A stretch of DNA of 64,000 nucleotides from a bacterium (GCA_030654225.1 JAURXY010000015.1:397-64396); one strand, 5' to 3'; numbered from the stretch's first letter, positions 16,992 to 27,407 are shown. A program made the numbers and translations. The notes: generated by a model not told the origin, from the sequence alone.

Positions 16992-18401
16992 ATGTTTGAA
17001 TTTTTTAGATTAAGTCGACAAATTCTTGGCATGAATGCTCGGAACCTGAAATATATCAGGCCGTTTAATTTGTCGCGCGCCAAAAAATTAGCTGACAACA
17101 AACTGCTCAGCAAAAAAATTCTAGCTAAAAACAACATCTCTGTGCCAAAACTAATTGCCAAAATTCGCACCGTGGAAGAATTGGAAAATTTTGATTGGCA
17201 ATCTTTGCCAGAAGGTTTTGCTCTAAAACCTAATCGCGGTTTTGGTGGTGAAGGAATTTTGGTAGTTTATGGAAAGAAAAAGAATTCCGATAATATTTGG
17301 ATTAAAGCTGACCGATCAAGTGTCACCGTGGAAGATCTAAAAACACATGTTCGAAATATTTTGGACGGTTCCTTTTCTCTTTCTGGCACACCGGACATTG
17401 CTTTTTTTGAAGAGCGCTTGCAACTTTTGAAACTATTTAAGCCCTATTCATACAAAGGTATCCCTGATATCCGCGTGATTGTTTTCAATAAAGTTCCACT
17501 GATGGCCATGCTTCGCCTGCCAACCAAATCGTCTTCTGGTAAGGCTAACTTACAACAAGGTGCTATTGGCGTGGGAATCGACATTGCCACGGGCACAACT
17601 ACCACCGCCGTTCTGGGGAAAAACAAGATAATTGAATATGTTCCTGGGACAAGACTACTTTTGTCTGGAATCAAACTTCCCTATTGGAATGATATTTTGA
17701 AATTAGCTGTACGCGCACAAGAAATTTCTGGTCTTGGTTTTCTTGGTGCCGACATTGCCATAGACAAAGTCAATGGACCAACCATAATTGAACTCAATGC
17801 CCGCCCAGGACTTTCCATTCAAGTGGCCAACTTAGCCGGCCTCAAAGAGCGACTGGAAAAAGCTGCTGGGATAAAAATCAAAACCGCTGAAAAAGGCATC
17901 CGCGTTGGTAAAGATCTTTTTGGTGGAGAAATTGAAGAAGAATTGGAAGAAATTTCCGGGCGTAAAGTTATTGGCACTGTGGAAAAAGTAAAGCTTATTG
18001 GCAAAGATGGAAAGGAAATTGAAGTGGAAGCTAAGATTGACACGGGGGCATATTCAACTTCAATCGATACTGAGTTAGCTAAGGAATTAGGTTTTGAAAA
18101 AACATTAAATGATTTTGAAAATATATCCCTAACTGGTTATATTATAAATCCAGAAAATGAAAGTTTCATAAAAAAAGATATTTTGGAAAAACATAAAGAA
18201 TCTATACCGGATTTAGATGATATAGCTATAATTTTTTCAGCCAGTGGATCATCCATTCGACCCGTTGTAGCCCTAGAATTAATTTTGGATGAAACAAAAC
18301 TTTTTTCTAAAGTCAATGTAACAAAACGAAATGACTTAAAATATCCAATGATAATTGGAAAAAGAAGCCTGAGTAAATTTCTAATTGATGTTAATAAATA
18401 A
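16992..18401 (+). CDS. Fusion protein: RimK-like ATP-grasp amidoligase (N-terminus) plus retropepsin-like aspartyl protease domain (DUF785/RimB-like, KIDTGAYSTSID) (C-terminus).
   Basis: ATP-grasp blocks (ALKPNRGFGGEGI..., IIELNARPGLS). The C-terminal D-T-G motif lies in a DUF785-like context. Confidence 0.75.
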   Translation: MFEFFRLSRQILGMNARNLKYIRPFNLSRAKKLADNKLLSKKILAKNNISVPKLIAKIRTVEELENFDWQSLPEGFALKPNRGFGGEGILVVYGKKKNSDNIWIKADRSSVTVEDLKTHVRNILDGSFSLSGTPDIAFFEERLQLLKLFKPYSYKGIPDIRVIVFNKVPLMAMLRLPTKSSSGKANLQQGAIGVGIDIATGTTTTAVLGKNKIIEYVPGTRLLLSGIKLPYWNDILKLAVRAQEISGLGFLGADIAIDKVNGPTIIELNARPGLSIQVANLAGLKERLEKAAGIKIKTAEKGIRVGKDLFGGEIEEELEEISGRKVIGTVEKVKLIGKDGKEIEVEAKIDTGAYSTSIDTELAKELGFEKTLNDFENISLTGYIINPENESFIKKDILEKHKESIPDLDDIAIIFSASGSSIRPVVALELILDETKLFSKVNVTKRNDLKYPMIIGKRSLSKFLIDVNK

Positions 18402-18416
18402 ACTAACAAAAAGTCT

Positions 18417-19376
18417 ATGCGAATTTTAAAAAAAGAAGAGATAACTAATTTCAAAGCAGGAACACAATCAATTTTGAAGGCGGCTTTTGATAAGGGAGCT
18501 ACTGTTCATAAAGTCCTCGATGATGATCGTGTTTTTATTTTGGAAAAAAATGGAAAAAAGTTTTGGTTTAGAGGACCTCGTCTTTCAATTTCCAACCCTG
18601 TTTCATTATGGATAATAAGAGATAAATATTTAACCAAAAAAGTTTTAAAAGAAATTGGTGTTCCACACCCAGAAGGATATTGTGCAAAAACGATAGAAGA
18701 AGCTCAAGAAATTGCAAAAAAAATCGGTTTTCCATTAGTTATGAAACCTCGTTGCTATGAAGGCGGGTTGGGTGTATTTTTAAATGTAGATTCGCCTGAA
18801 AAAGTAGCTAGTTTTTTTGGAAAAAGCTCACAGTATGACAAGTATGTTCTTTTGGAAAAATATGTTGATGGAAAATATTATAGAATTACTATGGTCAATA
18901 ATAAAATATCTGGAATATTAGAAACAAAAGGCATAACGCTAACAGGAGATGGTAGCCAAACTGTTCTAGAATTAGTTTCTAAATACAATGCAAGCGCAGA
19001 AGAAGCTTATGAAATAACGGATAAAACAAAAGATATTTTACTTTTTCAAAACTTATCTCTTAAAAGTATTCCGTCTATAAATAATGAATTTATTTTAGGT
19101 TTTAGCGGAGCAGAAGGAGGAGATTGGATAGACCGAACGGATGATATATGCAAAGAAAATTCTGACTTACTGATTAAAATGACAAAATATTTAGACCTTC
19201 CTATGATTGGACTAGACCTAATAGCAAAAGATATTTCGCTACCTATTACAGCCACAGATTCCCCTGGATTTGTTTTAGAGATAAATGGTGCGCCAGATTT
19301 CTTGTTTCATTTAAACCCCACCGAAGGAAAACCAAGAAATATCGGGAAAGATATTGTTGATATGTTATTTAATTAA
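18417..19376 (+). CDS. ATP-grasp family ligase (glutathione-synthetase/RimK-like fold).
   Basis: VMKPRCYEGGLGVF, YVLLEKYVDGKYYRI and FVLEINGAPDF follow the ATP-grasp pattern. Confidence 0.65.
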   Translation: MRILKKEEITNFKAGTQSILKAAFDKGATVHKVLDDDRVFILEKNGKKFWFRGPRLSISNPVSLWIIRDKYLTKKVLKEIGVPHPEGYCAKTIEEAQEIAKKIGFPLVMKPRCYEGGLGVFLNVDSPEKVASFFGKSSQYDKYVLLEKYVDGKYYRITMVNNKISGILETKGITLTGDGSQTVLELVSKYNASAEEAYEITDKTKDILLFQNLSLKSIPSINNEFILGFSGAEGGDWIDRTDDICKENSDLLIKMTKYLDLPMIGLDLIAKDISLPITATDSPGFVLEINGAPDFLFHLNPTEGKPRNIGKDIVDMLFN

Positions 19377-19396
19377 TAATTTATAAATTTATTCTT

Positions 19397-20326
19397 ATGA
19401 AAATTTGTGTTATATGTGTTGAAAAAACAGACTATGCTCCAAAGAGAATAATGCAGGAAGGTAAAAAAAGAGGACATGAAATGTATATAACTTCTTGGTT
19501 GGATGTTGTAGTAAAGGTTGATAAAAATAAGATATATATTGGAGATAATAAAAAAGACTTTAAACAATTTGACGCTATCATTCCTCGAAGTCCCAGTTTC
19601 AGCCTAACAGAAAAATACAAAAAAAATATCAAAAAACTTGGCACTATTTTAAAGCTAATAATTGAGTATTCTAAAGATAACAATTTTATTGTTTTAAATG
19701 ATAAATATTTCACACACTACCAAAGCCTAGATAAGCTATCTCAACAATATTTTTTCTTTAAAAATAATCTTCCTGGGATTCCAACAAAATATTTTTCCAG
19801 ATTACCTGAAAAAATAAGCTTTCCTATTATCTCGAAAACTGCCCAAGGTAGTTTAGGTTCTGGCGTCTTTATGACAAAAAATCAAAATGACCTAAAGAAA
19901 ATAATTGAAGATTCGAATACTGTGGGGAAAAACTTTATTTATCAAAAATACTACCCTATCAGTTACGATTATCGCATTCTGGTAGTAGATAAAAAGGCGA
20001 TGGGTGTTATGAAAAGAATTTCTAGTGGAAACGAATGGCGAACAAATGTATCCTTGGGTGGAGAGGCTCATAAATTTGATGCACCGGAAGCAAAAAAAAT
20101 AAAATATTTAGCTGAAAAAGTTGCAAAAAAAATGCTTTTTGATTATGTTGGAGTTGACATATTGGAACACCAAGGAAACTACCATATAATTGAAGTTAAT
20201 TCACTGGCTCAGTTTGAAGGATTTGAAAAGGCCTATTCAAATATGAATGTCGCAGGAAAACTAATTGAATTTGTAGAGAAAAAAATGAAAAAAGAATATG
20301 AAGCAAAGACTAATAATAAACGCTGA
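19397..20326 (+). CDS. RimK-family alpha-L-glutamate ligase-like ATP-grasp protein.
   Basis: The RimK hallmark EWRTNVSLGG plus PIISKTAQGSLGSGVF and HIIEVNSLAQF. Confidence 0.78.
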   Translation: MKICVICVEKTDYAPKRIMQEGKKRGHEMYITSWLDVVVKVDKNKIYIGDNKKDFKQFDAIIPRSPSFSLTEKYKKNIKKLGTILKLIIEYSKDNNFIVLNDKYFTHYQSLDKLSQQYFFFKNNLPGIPTKYFSRLPEKISFPIISKTAQGSLGSGVFMTKNQNDLKKIIEDSNTVGKNFIYQKYYPISYDYRILVVDKKAMGVMKRISSGNEWRTNVSLGGEAHKFDAPEAKKIKYLAEKVAKKMLFDYVGVDILEHQGNYHIIEVNSLAQFEGFEKAYSNMNVAGKLIEFVEKKMKKEYEAKTNNKR

Positions 20327-20927
20327 TGATTATGGAATGTCTTCCCCTTGGAATAGGGGCATTTTAGAATTAGCCACAAAAAAGCTAATCACTAGTATAT
20401 CCGTGATGATAAAAAGGGATCATATAGAAATTTCTGATTTAATAAATCTAACAGATATATCACTCGGTCTTCATTTAGAATTGAAAAATAATAATCCAAA
20501 AAAAGAAATTATACATCAAATAACTCTCTTTGAAAAAAAATTTAAAAGATTGCCATCTCACTTGGATAGCCACCGCCATCTACATTTAAATGAAAGTATT
20601 CTAACTGAAGTTGCTACTGTCGCCAAAGATTATAATTTACCAGTGAGATCCCTTTTTGCCGAAAAAAGAAACCTTTTGAAAAAAAATAAAATAAAAACTC
20701 CAGATGATTATATTGATTGGCATCCTGATCAAAAAAATAAACTCTTTGAAAACCTAACCCAATCTACAAGCACTGTGATTGAACTTGTTTGCCACCCTGG
20801 ATATTTTGATAAAAACTGTGATTATATATATAATAAAAACCGAAAAAAAGAGTTAGAAATTTTAAAAAGTCAAACTTTTAAAAAAATAATCAATCGATTT
20901 AAACTTATTAATTATTCCCAAATATAA
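20298..20927 (+). CDS. YdjC/ChbG-family carbohydrate deacetylase-like protein.
   Basis: INADDYGMS, LGLHLEL, HLDSHRHLHL and VCHPGYFD match YdjC conserved motifs. Confidence 0.75.
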   Translation: MKQRLIINADDYGMSSPWNRGILELATKKLITSISVMIKRDHIEISDLINLTDISLGLHLELKNNNPKKEIIHQITLFEKKFKRLPSHLDSHRHLHLNESILTEVATVAKDYNLPVRSLFAEKRNLLKKNKIKTPDDYIDWHPDQKNKLFENLTQSTSTVIELVCHPGYFDKNCDYIYNKNRKKELEILKSQTFKKIINRFKLINYSQI

Positions 20928-21013
20928 CTACCTGCCTTCTTTTCTTTGCCTTGATAACCTTTCTCTTTTATAATATAATATAGAATGCTTTATAAATAAG
21001 CTAAATAAATTGT

Positions 21014-23578
21014 ATGTATATTTTCACACCAAAAAATTCTAATAATTCTTCTGGTAAAAAAAGATTCAGAATCAATTGGAAACTCTTGAGAAAATCAATC
21101 CTGATTTTTAGCGGTGCTGTACTGCTTTTTGTTATTGGTGTTTTTGCCTGGTTCGCCAAGGATTTGCCGAGTCCCGGAAATCTCAATGAGCGCTTTGTTA
21201 TTCAATCAACAAAAATTTATGATCGGACAGGAAGTCATATTCTTTATGAAGTTCACGGCGAAGAAAAAAGAACGGAAATCCCCTTTTCCCAAATGCCAGA
21301 AAGCCTGCGTTATGCCACTATTGCACTAGAAGATCAAAGTTTTTATAGCCACGTTGGCATTCAACCTAAAAGTATTTTGCGTGCTGTATTCAAGGATATT
21401 TTTAATTTTGGCGCTACTCAAGGTGGCTCAACCATTACTCAGCAACTAATTAAACAATCCCTTCTGACTTCGGAAAAAACTTTTACCCGAAAAATAAAGG
21501 AGGTTATTCTAGCTATTGAAATTGAGCAAAAATTTTCCAAGGATGAAATTATGGGGATGTATCTCAATGAAATTCCTTATGGCTCCAATGCTTATGGAGT
21601 TGAAGCAGCTGCTCAAACTTTTTTTGGAAAACACGCGAGTGAGCTTACGCTTGATGAATCAGCTATTCTCGCATCATTGCCTCAAGCTCCTTCTCGTTAT
21701 TCGCCTTATGGAACACACACCGAAAACCTCAAGGCTCGTCAAGAATACGCCCTCGATCAAATGGCGCGCCTAGGTTATATCACCGGAGAACAAGCCAATG
21801 AGGCTAAGCAAGTGGATATTTTTTCTAAGATAAAAACTTTTTCCGACAATATCAGCGCTCCGCATTTTGTGATGTATATTAAAGAATCTTTAGAAAAAAA
21901 ATATGGCGCTGAAGCAGTCGAACAAGGAGGATTAAAAGTTTATACTACACTCGATTGGGATAAACAAAAAATTGCCGAGGAAGCTATCAAAAATCATTCC
22001 GAAAAAGATGCTACGACTTACAAATCTAATAATCAAGCGCTGGTAGCAATGGATCCAAAAACTGGACAAATTTTGGCTATGGTAGGCTCCAAAGATTATT
22101 TTGGCAAAGCCACTCCGACAGGTTGTATTTCTGGAAAAAATTGTCAATTTGAAGGGAATTTTAATGTCGCCACAGCACTTCGTCAACCAGGGTCATCTTT
22201 CAAGCCTTATGTATATCTCACTGCATTTTCCAAAGGATATACACCAGAAACTAATCTTTGGGATGTGGACACTAATTTTTCTACTGACGATGGCAAGACA
22301 TATGATCCGAAAAATTATGATGGAAAAAATCGTGGACTACTTCAAATGAAAAATGCTCTAGCAATGTCGCTCAATGTGCCCGCAGTAAAAACGCTCTATT
22401 TGGCTGGAGTGCAGAATTCTATCGATACCGCTCATAAGATGGGGATCACCACTCTCAACAAAACTGCTGATTATGGACTGTCTTTGGTTCTTGGTGGAGG
22501 AGAAGTGAAGCTTCTGGATCATGTCAATGCTTTTTCGACTTTTGCTACTGGTGGAATTCATCACCCTACTGTGTCTATTCTTAAGGTAGAAAATGGCGAT
22601 GGAGAAGTGCTTGAGCAATATAAACAAAGTGAAGGACAGAGAGTAATTGAAGAAAAATATGTGGCTATGATAGATTATATTCTTTCCACCAACGAACTGC
22701 GCGCGCCAGTTTTTGGGGATAACAACCCTTTGCGTTTTGACAATCGCCCCGTAGCTGCTAAAACTGGCACCACCAATGAATGGCGTGACGGTTGGACCGT
22801 TGGCTATACTCCTTCACTTTCTGCTGGAGTCTGGGCAGGGAATAATGATAATTCTATAATGGCACAAGGAGCAGATGGATCATTTGTCGCAGCGCCAATT
22901 TGGCGAGAATTTATGGATAAAGCTTTGGCAAATTATAATGTCGATCAATTTCCTAAATATGAGAAAGAGGAAACAGGCAAAGATGTACTTGATGGAAAAC
23001 TAGAAGCCAAAAGAGAAGTCAAGGTTTGCAAGATTCCTGGTTCCAAAAATGATTATTGTTTAGCTAACGACAATTGCCCATCTTCCGAAGTGGAAAAAAA
23101 GAAATTTTCCGACGCTCATTCCATTCTATATTATGTCAAAAAAGATGACCCGCGCGGAGACGCGCCAGAAAAACCAAGTGATGATCCGCAGTTTAAAAAT
23201 TGGGAAAAAGCTATTGAGAAATGGCTAGATGATGAAAAAGGTTATTCTTCTAATTCAACTCCAACTGAAGAATGCCGATTAGATGACTTCAAAAAATTTG
23301 GACCGGAGGTAAGCATCTCCGCTCCTTCTGACGGAAGCTCTATTACTTCATCTTCTTTTACTATTAAGGTGAAAAGTGATGCGCCTTTTGGAGTTGAAAA
23401 AATAACTTTGTCTGTAGCAGGTGATGATGTCACCTCCTCTTCGGATTCTTCTTTTGAATATACCTACTCTGTTCCGGATTCAAAAAAGAATTCCAATATT
23501 TCTATCGAGGCTTCCGTCGAAGATAAAAAAGGCAACACTGATTCAGCTAGCATCTCCGTGCAAACAAATATTCCTTAA
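21014..23578 (+). CDS. Class A penicillin-binding protein (GT51 transglycosylase plus transpeptidase) with a C-terminal extension.
   Basis: EDQSFYSHVGI...GGSTITQQLIK (GT51) and the downstream SxxK/SxN/KTG-type transpeptidase region (KTGTTNE). Confidence 0.9.
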   Translation: MYIFTPKNSNNSSGKKRFRINWKLLRKSILIFSGAVLLFVIGVFAWFAKDLPSPGNLNERFVIQSTKIYDRTGSHILYEVHGEEKRTEIPFSQMPESLRYATIALEDQSFYSHVGIQPKSILRAVFKDIFNFGATQGGSTITQQLIKQSLLTSEKTFTRKIKEVILAIEIEQKFSKDEIMGMYLNEIPYGSNAYGVEAAAQTFFGKHASELTLDESAILASLPQAPSRYSPYGTHTENLKARQEYALDQMARLGYITGEQANEAKQVDIFSKIKTFSDNISAPHFVMYIKESLEKKYGAEAVEQGGLKVYTTLDWDKQKIAEEAIKNHSEKDATTYKSNNQALVAMDPKTGQILAMVGSKDYFGKATPTGCISGKNCQFEGNFNVATALRQPGSSFKPYVYLTAFSKGYTPETNLWDVDTNFSTDDGKTYDPKNYDGKNRGLLQMKNALAMSLNVPAVKTLYLAGVQNSIDTAHKMGITTLNKTADYGLSLVLGGGEVKLLDHVNAFSTFATGGIHHPTVSILKVENGDGEVLEQYKQSEGQRVIEEKYVAMIDYILSTNELRAPVFGDNNPLRFDNRPVAAKTGTTNEWRDGWTVGYTPSLSAGVWAGNNDNSIMAQGADGSFVAAPIWREFMDKALANYNVDQFPKYEKEETGKDVLDGKLEAKREVKVCKIPGSKNDYCLANDNCPSSEVEKKKFSDAHSILYYVKKDDPRGDAPEKPSDDPQFKNWEKAIEKWLDDEKGYSSNSTPTEECRLDDFKKFGPEVSISAPSDGSSITSSSFTIKVKSDAPFGVEKITLSVAGDDVTSSSDSSFEYTYSVPDSKKNSNISIEASVEDKKGNTDSASISVQTNIP

Positions 23579-23588
23579 GCTAAAAGTT

Positions 23589-24035
23589 TTACACTTCTTT
23601 TTTGATTGGCTTTTCAATGTTGCCAATTTGGTTTTTGCTGAAAAAATAGAAAAACGGGATGACTACAAGAAGTGAAACTAGATGCATCGAAGAAAAAATA
23701 TAATTCATCACACTACTTCCGTCAAAAAAGAGAATTCTAAAAACAACTAGAAACACACAAAGATATATTGTGGAAATCCTTACGATATTTATATTATTTT
23801 TTATGACAAAAGTTTTGTTTATAAATTTTGCCGAATAAATTATACTTGTCCAAACGAGAAAAAATTTCACCGCTTCACCAAGGATGGCCAACCAAACAAT
23901 CACTCCGAAATTATTGGCGATGCCTTTTACTATTTGTCCAAAAATTGCACTAAACAGAAATGGTGCAAAGATTCCAGCAAGCAACCAATGAACCAAAGCG
24001 ATTTGCCAATCTGAAATTTTCTTTTTCTTTTTCAT
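23589..24035 (-). CDS. Polytopic membrane protein, hypothetical.
   Basis: 148 aa with 4 predicted TM helices. Confidence 0.45.
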   Translation of the reverse strand: MKKKKKISDWQIALVHWLLAGIFAPFLFSAIFGQIVKGIANNFGVIVWLAILGEAVKFFLVWTSIIYSAKFINKTFVIKNNINIVRISTIYLCVFLVVFRILFFDGSSVMNYIFSSMHLVSLLVVIPFFYFFSKNQIGNIEKPIKKEV

Positions 24036-24096
24036 AATTATTTTTATCTTTTTTTATTATACAATATTTTTTCAAATTAACCAAACTAAGATTTTT

Positions 24097-24378
24097 TTAT
24101 TTTAATTTTATCTCTTTTATTATTCCTTCACCAAATTCTTTATTTAGCTTTTTCATAATCGTATTACGATTAGAAAAAAGCTCACTTGCCCAAGCTGAGC
24201 TATAACATTTAATGAAAATAGTTTTATTTTTGAAATAATCCGCTTTGAGTTTTGACGCCCCAACATTACCAAACTCTTCTTTGATAACTCGATTAAAAAT
24301 ATAAAAAATATCCTTGTCAGTTAGGGATATCTTGTGAATACTTTTTCTTTTATATAAAAGATTTTTTAGCGATTTCAT
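24097..24378 (-). CDS. DUF721 (DciA-like / YaaB-like) protein.
   Basis: The C-terminal pattern IFIKCYSSAWASELFSNRNTIMKKLNKEFGEGIIKEIKL matches DUF721 (VxVxSSxWxxEL...I..kLN...G...I..I.f). Confidence 0.55.
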   Translation of the reverse strand: MKSLKNLLYKRKSIHKISLTDKDIFYIFNRVIKEEFGNVGASKLKADYFKNKTIFIKCYSSAWASELFSNRNTIMKKLNKEFGEGIIKEIKLK

Positions 24379-24444
24379 AATACTTTATCCTCTAAAACTT
24401 TTTATCGTCTCCGGCAAATTCAAAATACATTTAACTTCCATTTT

Positions 24445-25056
24445 TTAGTTTTGAAAATTATTCAAATCATTTAAAGCAATTTCAAGCGCGCCCGATGAAA
24501 CGCCAAAGCGCAAAGATATATAGCCAGCTAAATAAGAATTTACTGTTTTTTCGTCAATATTTTCTATATTATGTTTTTTGTTTATTTCTTGCAAGACTTC
24601 GACTTTAATTTTAATAAGCGTTTCCCTTGGGATCAAAAAGTAATTGGCAAATTTATTAGCTTGAGTTTCTAAATTAGCATATTCCCTAGTATCGATTTCG
24701 CCAATAAATGCAAAGATATCAGCCAGTTCTTGAATTTTTAAGTGTTTATAAAAATCTTTATGTAATATAAAATGTCCGAGTTCATGGGCAAGTGAGAATC
24801 TAAAACGATTAGTATCATTTTCATAATTTTTTTGATCAACATAAATTGCTGAAAAATCAGAAGTAATTTGCGCATCCACTCCGCATTGTTCCATTAAGTT
24901 CGGTATCGGAATAATTTTTATTTTTAACTTTATTTCTATTATTTCTTCTATCTCAATCGGAATATCTTTTTTCCAAAATTCAAATCTGCATTTGTCCGCT
25001 TTGTTTTTTATCTCTCTATTGCCAATAAAAGCAATGTCTATGTTTTTGTATTTCAT
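24445..25056 (-). CDS. ImmA/IrrE-family (DUF955, M78) metallopeptidase.
   Basis: HELGHFILH HExxH motif in a DUF955 context. It is paired with an upstream XRE regulator. Confidence 0.75.
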   Translation of the reverse strand: MKYKNIDIAFIGNREIKNKADKCRFEFWKKDIPIEIEEIIEIKLKIKIIPIPNLMEQCGVDAQITSDFSAIYVDQKNYENDTNRFRFSLAHELGHFILHKDFYKHLKIQELADIFAFIGEIDTREYANLETQANKFANYFLIPRETLIKIKVEVLQEINKKHNIENIDEKTVNSYLAGYISLRFGVSSGALEIALNDLNNFQN

Positions 25057-25074
25057 TCTGTTTAATCTAAAAAG

Positions 25075-25458
25075 TTAGGCGTTTTTTACCATATTTATTA
25101 TTTTACTTATTTCTTCTTTGCTAGGCTTTTTATTTTTCAAAGTTCGAAAAAATGCCGGCAAAGCTGCCACCAATTCTTTTTCTTCCATAATTTCAAACGG
25201 AATTATCCCCTGGGCGATTTCCGCTTGATAGATAAATTCCTTGAATTCTTGGCTATCTTTTTTCAAACCTAATGTTTTTGCCCAAAGTTCCAACATTTTC
25301 TTGTCTGATGGAGGCGACATTTTTCCTCTTTCAATTTTACTCCAATTACTCGGATCAAAATTCACTCTCCGACACATCTCGCGAAGTGTTATTTCTTTTT
25401 TAATCCGGAGATCATATAGAAATTCTCCGAATTTTTTCAAGCTTTCATTTATTTTCAT
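25075..25458 (-). CDS. XRE-family helix-turn-helix transcriptional regulator.
   Basis: ITLREMCRRVNFDPSNWSKIERGKMSP is the HTH_XRE pattern. Confidence 0.75.
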   Translation of the reverse strand: MKINESLKKFGEFLYDLRIKKEITLREMCRRVNFDPSNWSKIERGKMSPPSDKKMLELWAKTLGLKKDSQEFKEFIYQAEIAQGIIPFEIMEEKELVAALPAFFRTLKNKKPSKEEISKIINMVKNA

Positions 25459-25799
25459 AGAGTTTTTATTAATATTTATCCCTGTGGTATAATATTACCA
25501 CACTAAATATTACTGTCAAGCACCTAAATTTATTTCGTAGTCTCCCCTTGAACATCAGCAAATCCTACAGCAATATGAATTTTGATAATAAGAATGTAGT
25601 TGCTGAAAAAATAGAAAAAGGGGAAAGAAGATAATGACCTAGATTATTAGGCGAAGCAATAAAAAAATTTGAGAAAATAAAAATCGGCAGGCACCACGAT
25701 GGACACCTGCTTTTTTTATGAAATTATTTTCCGAGAAAATAAAAAGGCCAAGTTTGTGTGATAACAAACTTGACCTGAATTTTTGTGGTTAGCGAGTTT

Positions 25800-26339
25800 T
25801 TACTTTATAGGCCGACTCGCTTTCGCCTTTATTTCCTCCAGGGTTTCTCGCGAAACCCCAAGTTTATTCATTGCATACCAATCACATATTCTTCTTCTTC
25901 TTTCCTTTTTAAATGACTCAACAATCAACTCCTCAATCACTCCACTCTCAACTCCACCTTTTTCTGCCACTTCCGCGGCATACTTAATTTCCCCCCTTTT
26001 AAGAAACCTCCTCACTAGATTATTTTTAAATTCGGGTGTAATTGGATAATATGTAAGTGTCATAAACTCGACACGTACCTCATCTCCTACGAAACACTCT
26101 TCAATTAGTGCCTCAACAATTTTTTCCGGATTAGGCACACTCAGTGCCCTTTTCATAACTCTTTCTTTTATATACAGAGAGACATCATCCCTCTGCATAT
26201 AAATAACAAAAGCTTCCCGGACAAGGGCGTAACCCCTATCCTCTTTGAGTTTGTGTGCAAATTCGAGAGCTTTTTCAAGCTCTCCAATTTTCAGATACTC
26301 ATTAATTAAGGACAATAATAATTCTTTTATTTTTTCCAT
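25800..26339 (-). CDS. Hypothetical protein encoded in a locally GC-elevated segment.
   Basis: 179-aa ORF. No recognisable motif. Its composition is distinct from the neighbours. Confidence 0.45.
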   Translation of the reverse strand: MEKIKELLLSLINEYLKIGELEKALEFAHKLKEDRGYALVREAFVIYMQRDDVSLYIKERVMKRALSVPNPEKIVEALIEECFVGDEVRVEFMTLTYYPITPEFKNNLVRRFLKRGEIKYAAEVAEKGGVESGVIEELIVESFKKERRRRICDWYAMNKLGVSRETLEEIKAKASRPIK

Positions 26340-26615
26340 TTTCCTCTCCTTTTTCGCCTAATTTTCATTAGGCTAAAATTTTTCCGCCAGTGTAGCTCCC
26401 GACCATCCCGATACTATATCGGGACCGGGCCTTGGCGATTATTTAGTTTTAAACGAGCTTGTTAAGATTTTTTCGCTTTTCATCTTAACAGCACAGTATA
26501 GCACTAAATTAGCCAGCTGTCAATATTATCAGTCTATTTTATGAATAAATATTGCTATTGACTTTATTTGAGCCATAATGTATACTATATTTGACGACTA
26601 ATTTATTCGACATTT

Positions 26616-27407
26616 ATGGAAGAAATAACCAAACAACTTGAAATTATTGGTATAAACGGCAAAGATGCTGATATCTATATTGAATTACTCAAAACCAAAG
26701 AAGCTACTGTGATTCAGTTGTCGCAAAAAACCGCTATCAAAAGAACTAGCGTCTATTATTGCCTAGATTCCCTCATAAAAAAGGGTGTTGTTGGTATGAC
26801 GATAAGAAATAACAAAAAATTATACTATATCGAAAATCCAAAAAGTAGTTTGAACAATATTATAGTTCAGCAACAATCGGCCATCACTGAATTGTTGCCT
26901 AAAATTCAAGATCTCTATGGGAAAGGCTCTAGCCTGCCGGAAATAAAGCTATACTATAACTTGGCCGGCATAAAAAATATTTTTGAAGATGTTTTGACTT
27001 GCAAGGAAAAAGTAGCGCGTTATTACATTGCCGATTCCAGTGTGGATGAAATGCTGGGAGAAGATTTTTTGAAAGCGTTTGTTAAAAAAAGAATTGCTCT
27101 AAAAATAAAAAGTCTATCACTTAGATCTGCTGGTTATGCCCCAGAAAGAGAAACCAACTATCAACTGCGTGAAATCAGGCAAATGCCCAAAGATTTATTT
27201 TTTTCTTCCTATATGTGCCTCTATGATAATAAATCCGTTGTAATTTTGGCAAAAGAAAAAATTGGGTTTATTATTGAATCTAATGAATACGCCCAAGCAC
27301 AAAAAACTATTTTCAATACGATTTGGAATATCAGCGCATCACAAAAAGATATTATCAATACAACCCAAGAAAAAGAAGACGATCTAGATTATTGGGCGAA
27401 GCAATAA
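26616..27407 (+). CDS. TrmB-family transcriptional regulator.
   Basis: N-terminal TrmB-type wHTH (ADIYIELLKTKEATVIQLSQKTAIKRTSVYYCLDSLIKKGVV) plus a C-terminal effector-like domain. Confidence 0.7.
   Translation: MEEITKQLEIIGINGKDADIYIELLKTKEATVIQLSQKTAIKRTSVYYCLDSLIKKGVVGMTIRNNKKLYYIENPKSSLNNIIVQQQSAITELLPKIQDLYGKGSSLPEIKLYYNLAGIKNIFEDVLTCKEKVARYYIADSSVDEMLGEDFLKAFVKKRIALKIKSLSLRSAGYAPERETNYQLREIRQMPKDLFFSSYMCLYDNKSVVILAKEKIGFIIESNEYAQAQKTIFNTIWNISASQKDIINTTQEKEDDLDYWAKQ

Noticed and set aside
21114-23675. Several 60-90-aa ORFs on either strand within the PBP gene
   Set aside because: They are embedded in a gene with unmistakable GT51/transpeptidase motifs.
25241-25492. 83-aa plus-strand ORF
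   Set aside because: Antisense to the XRE regulator gene.
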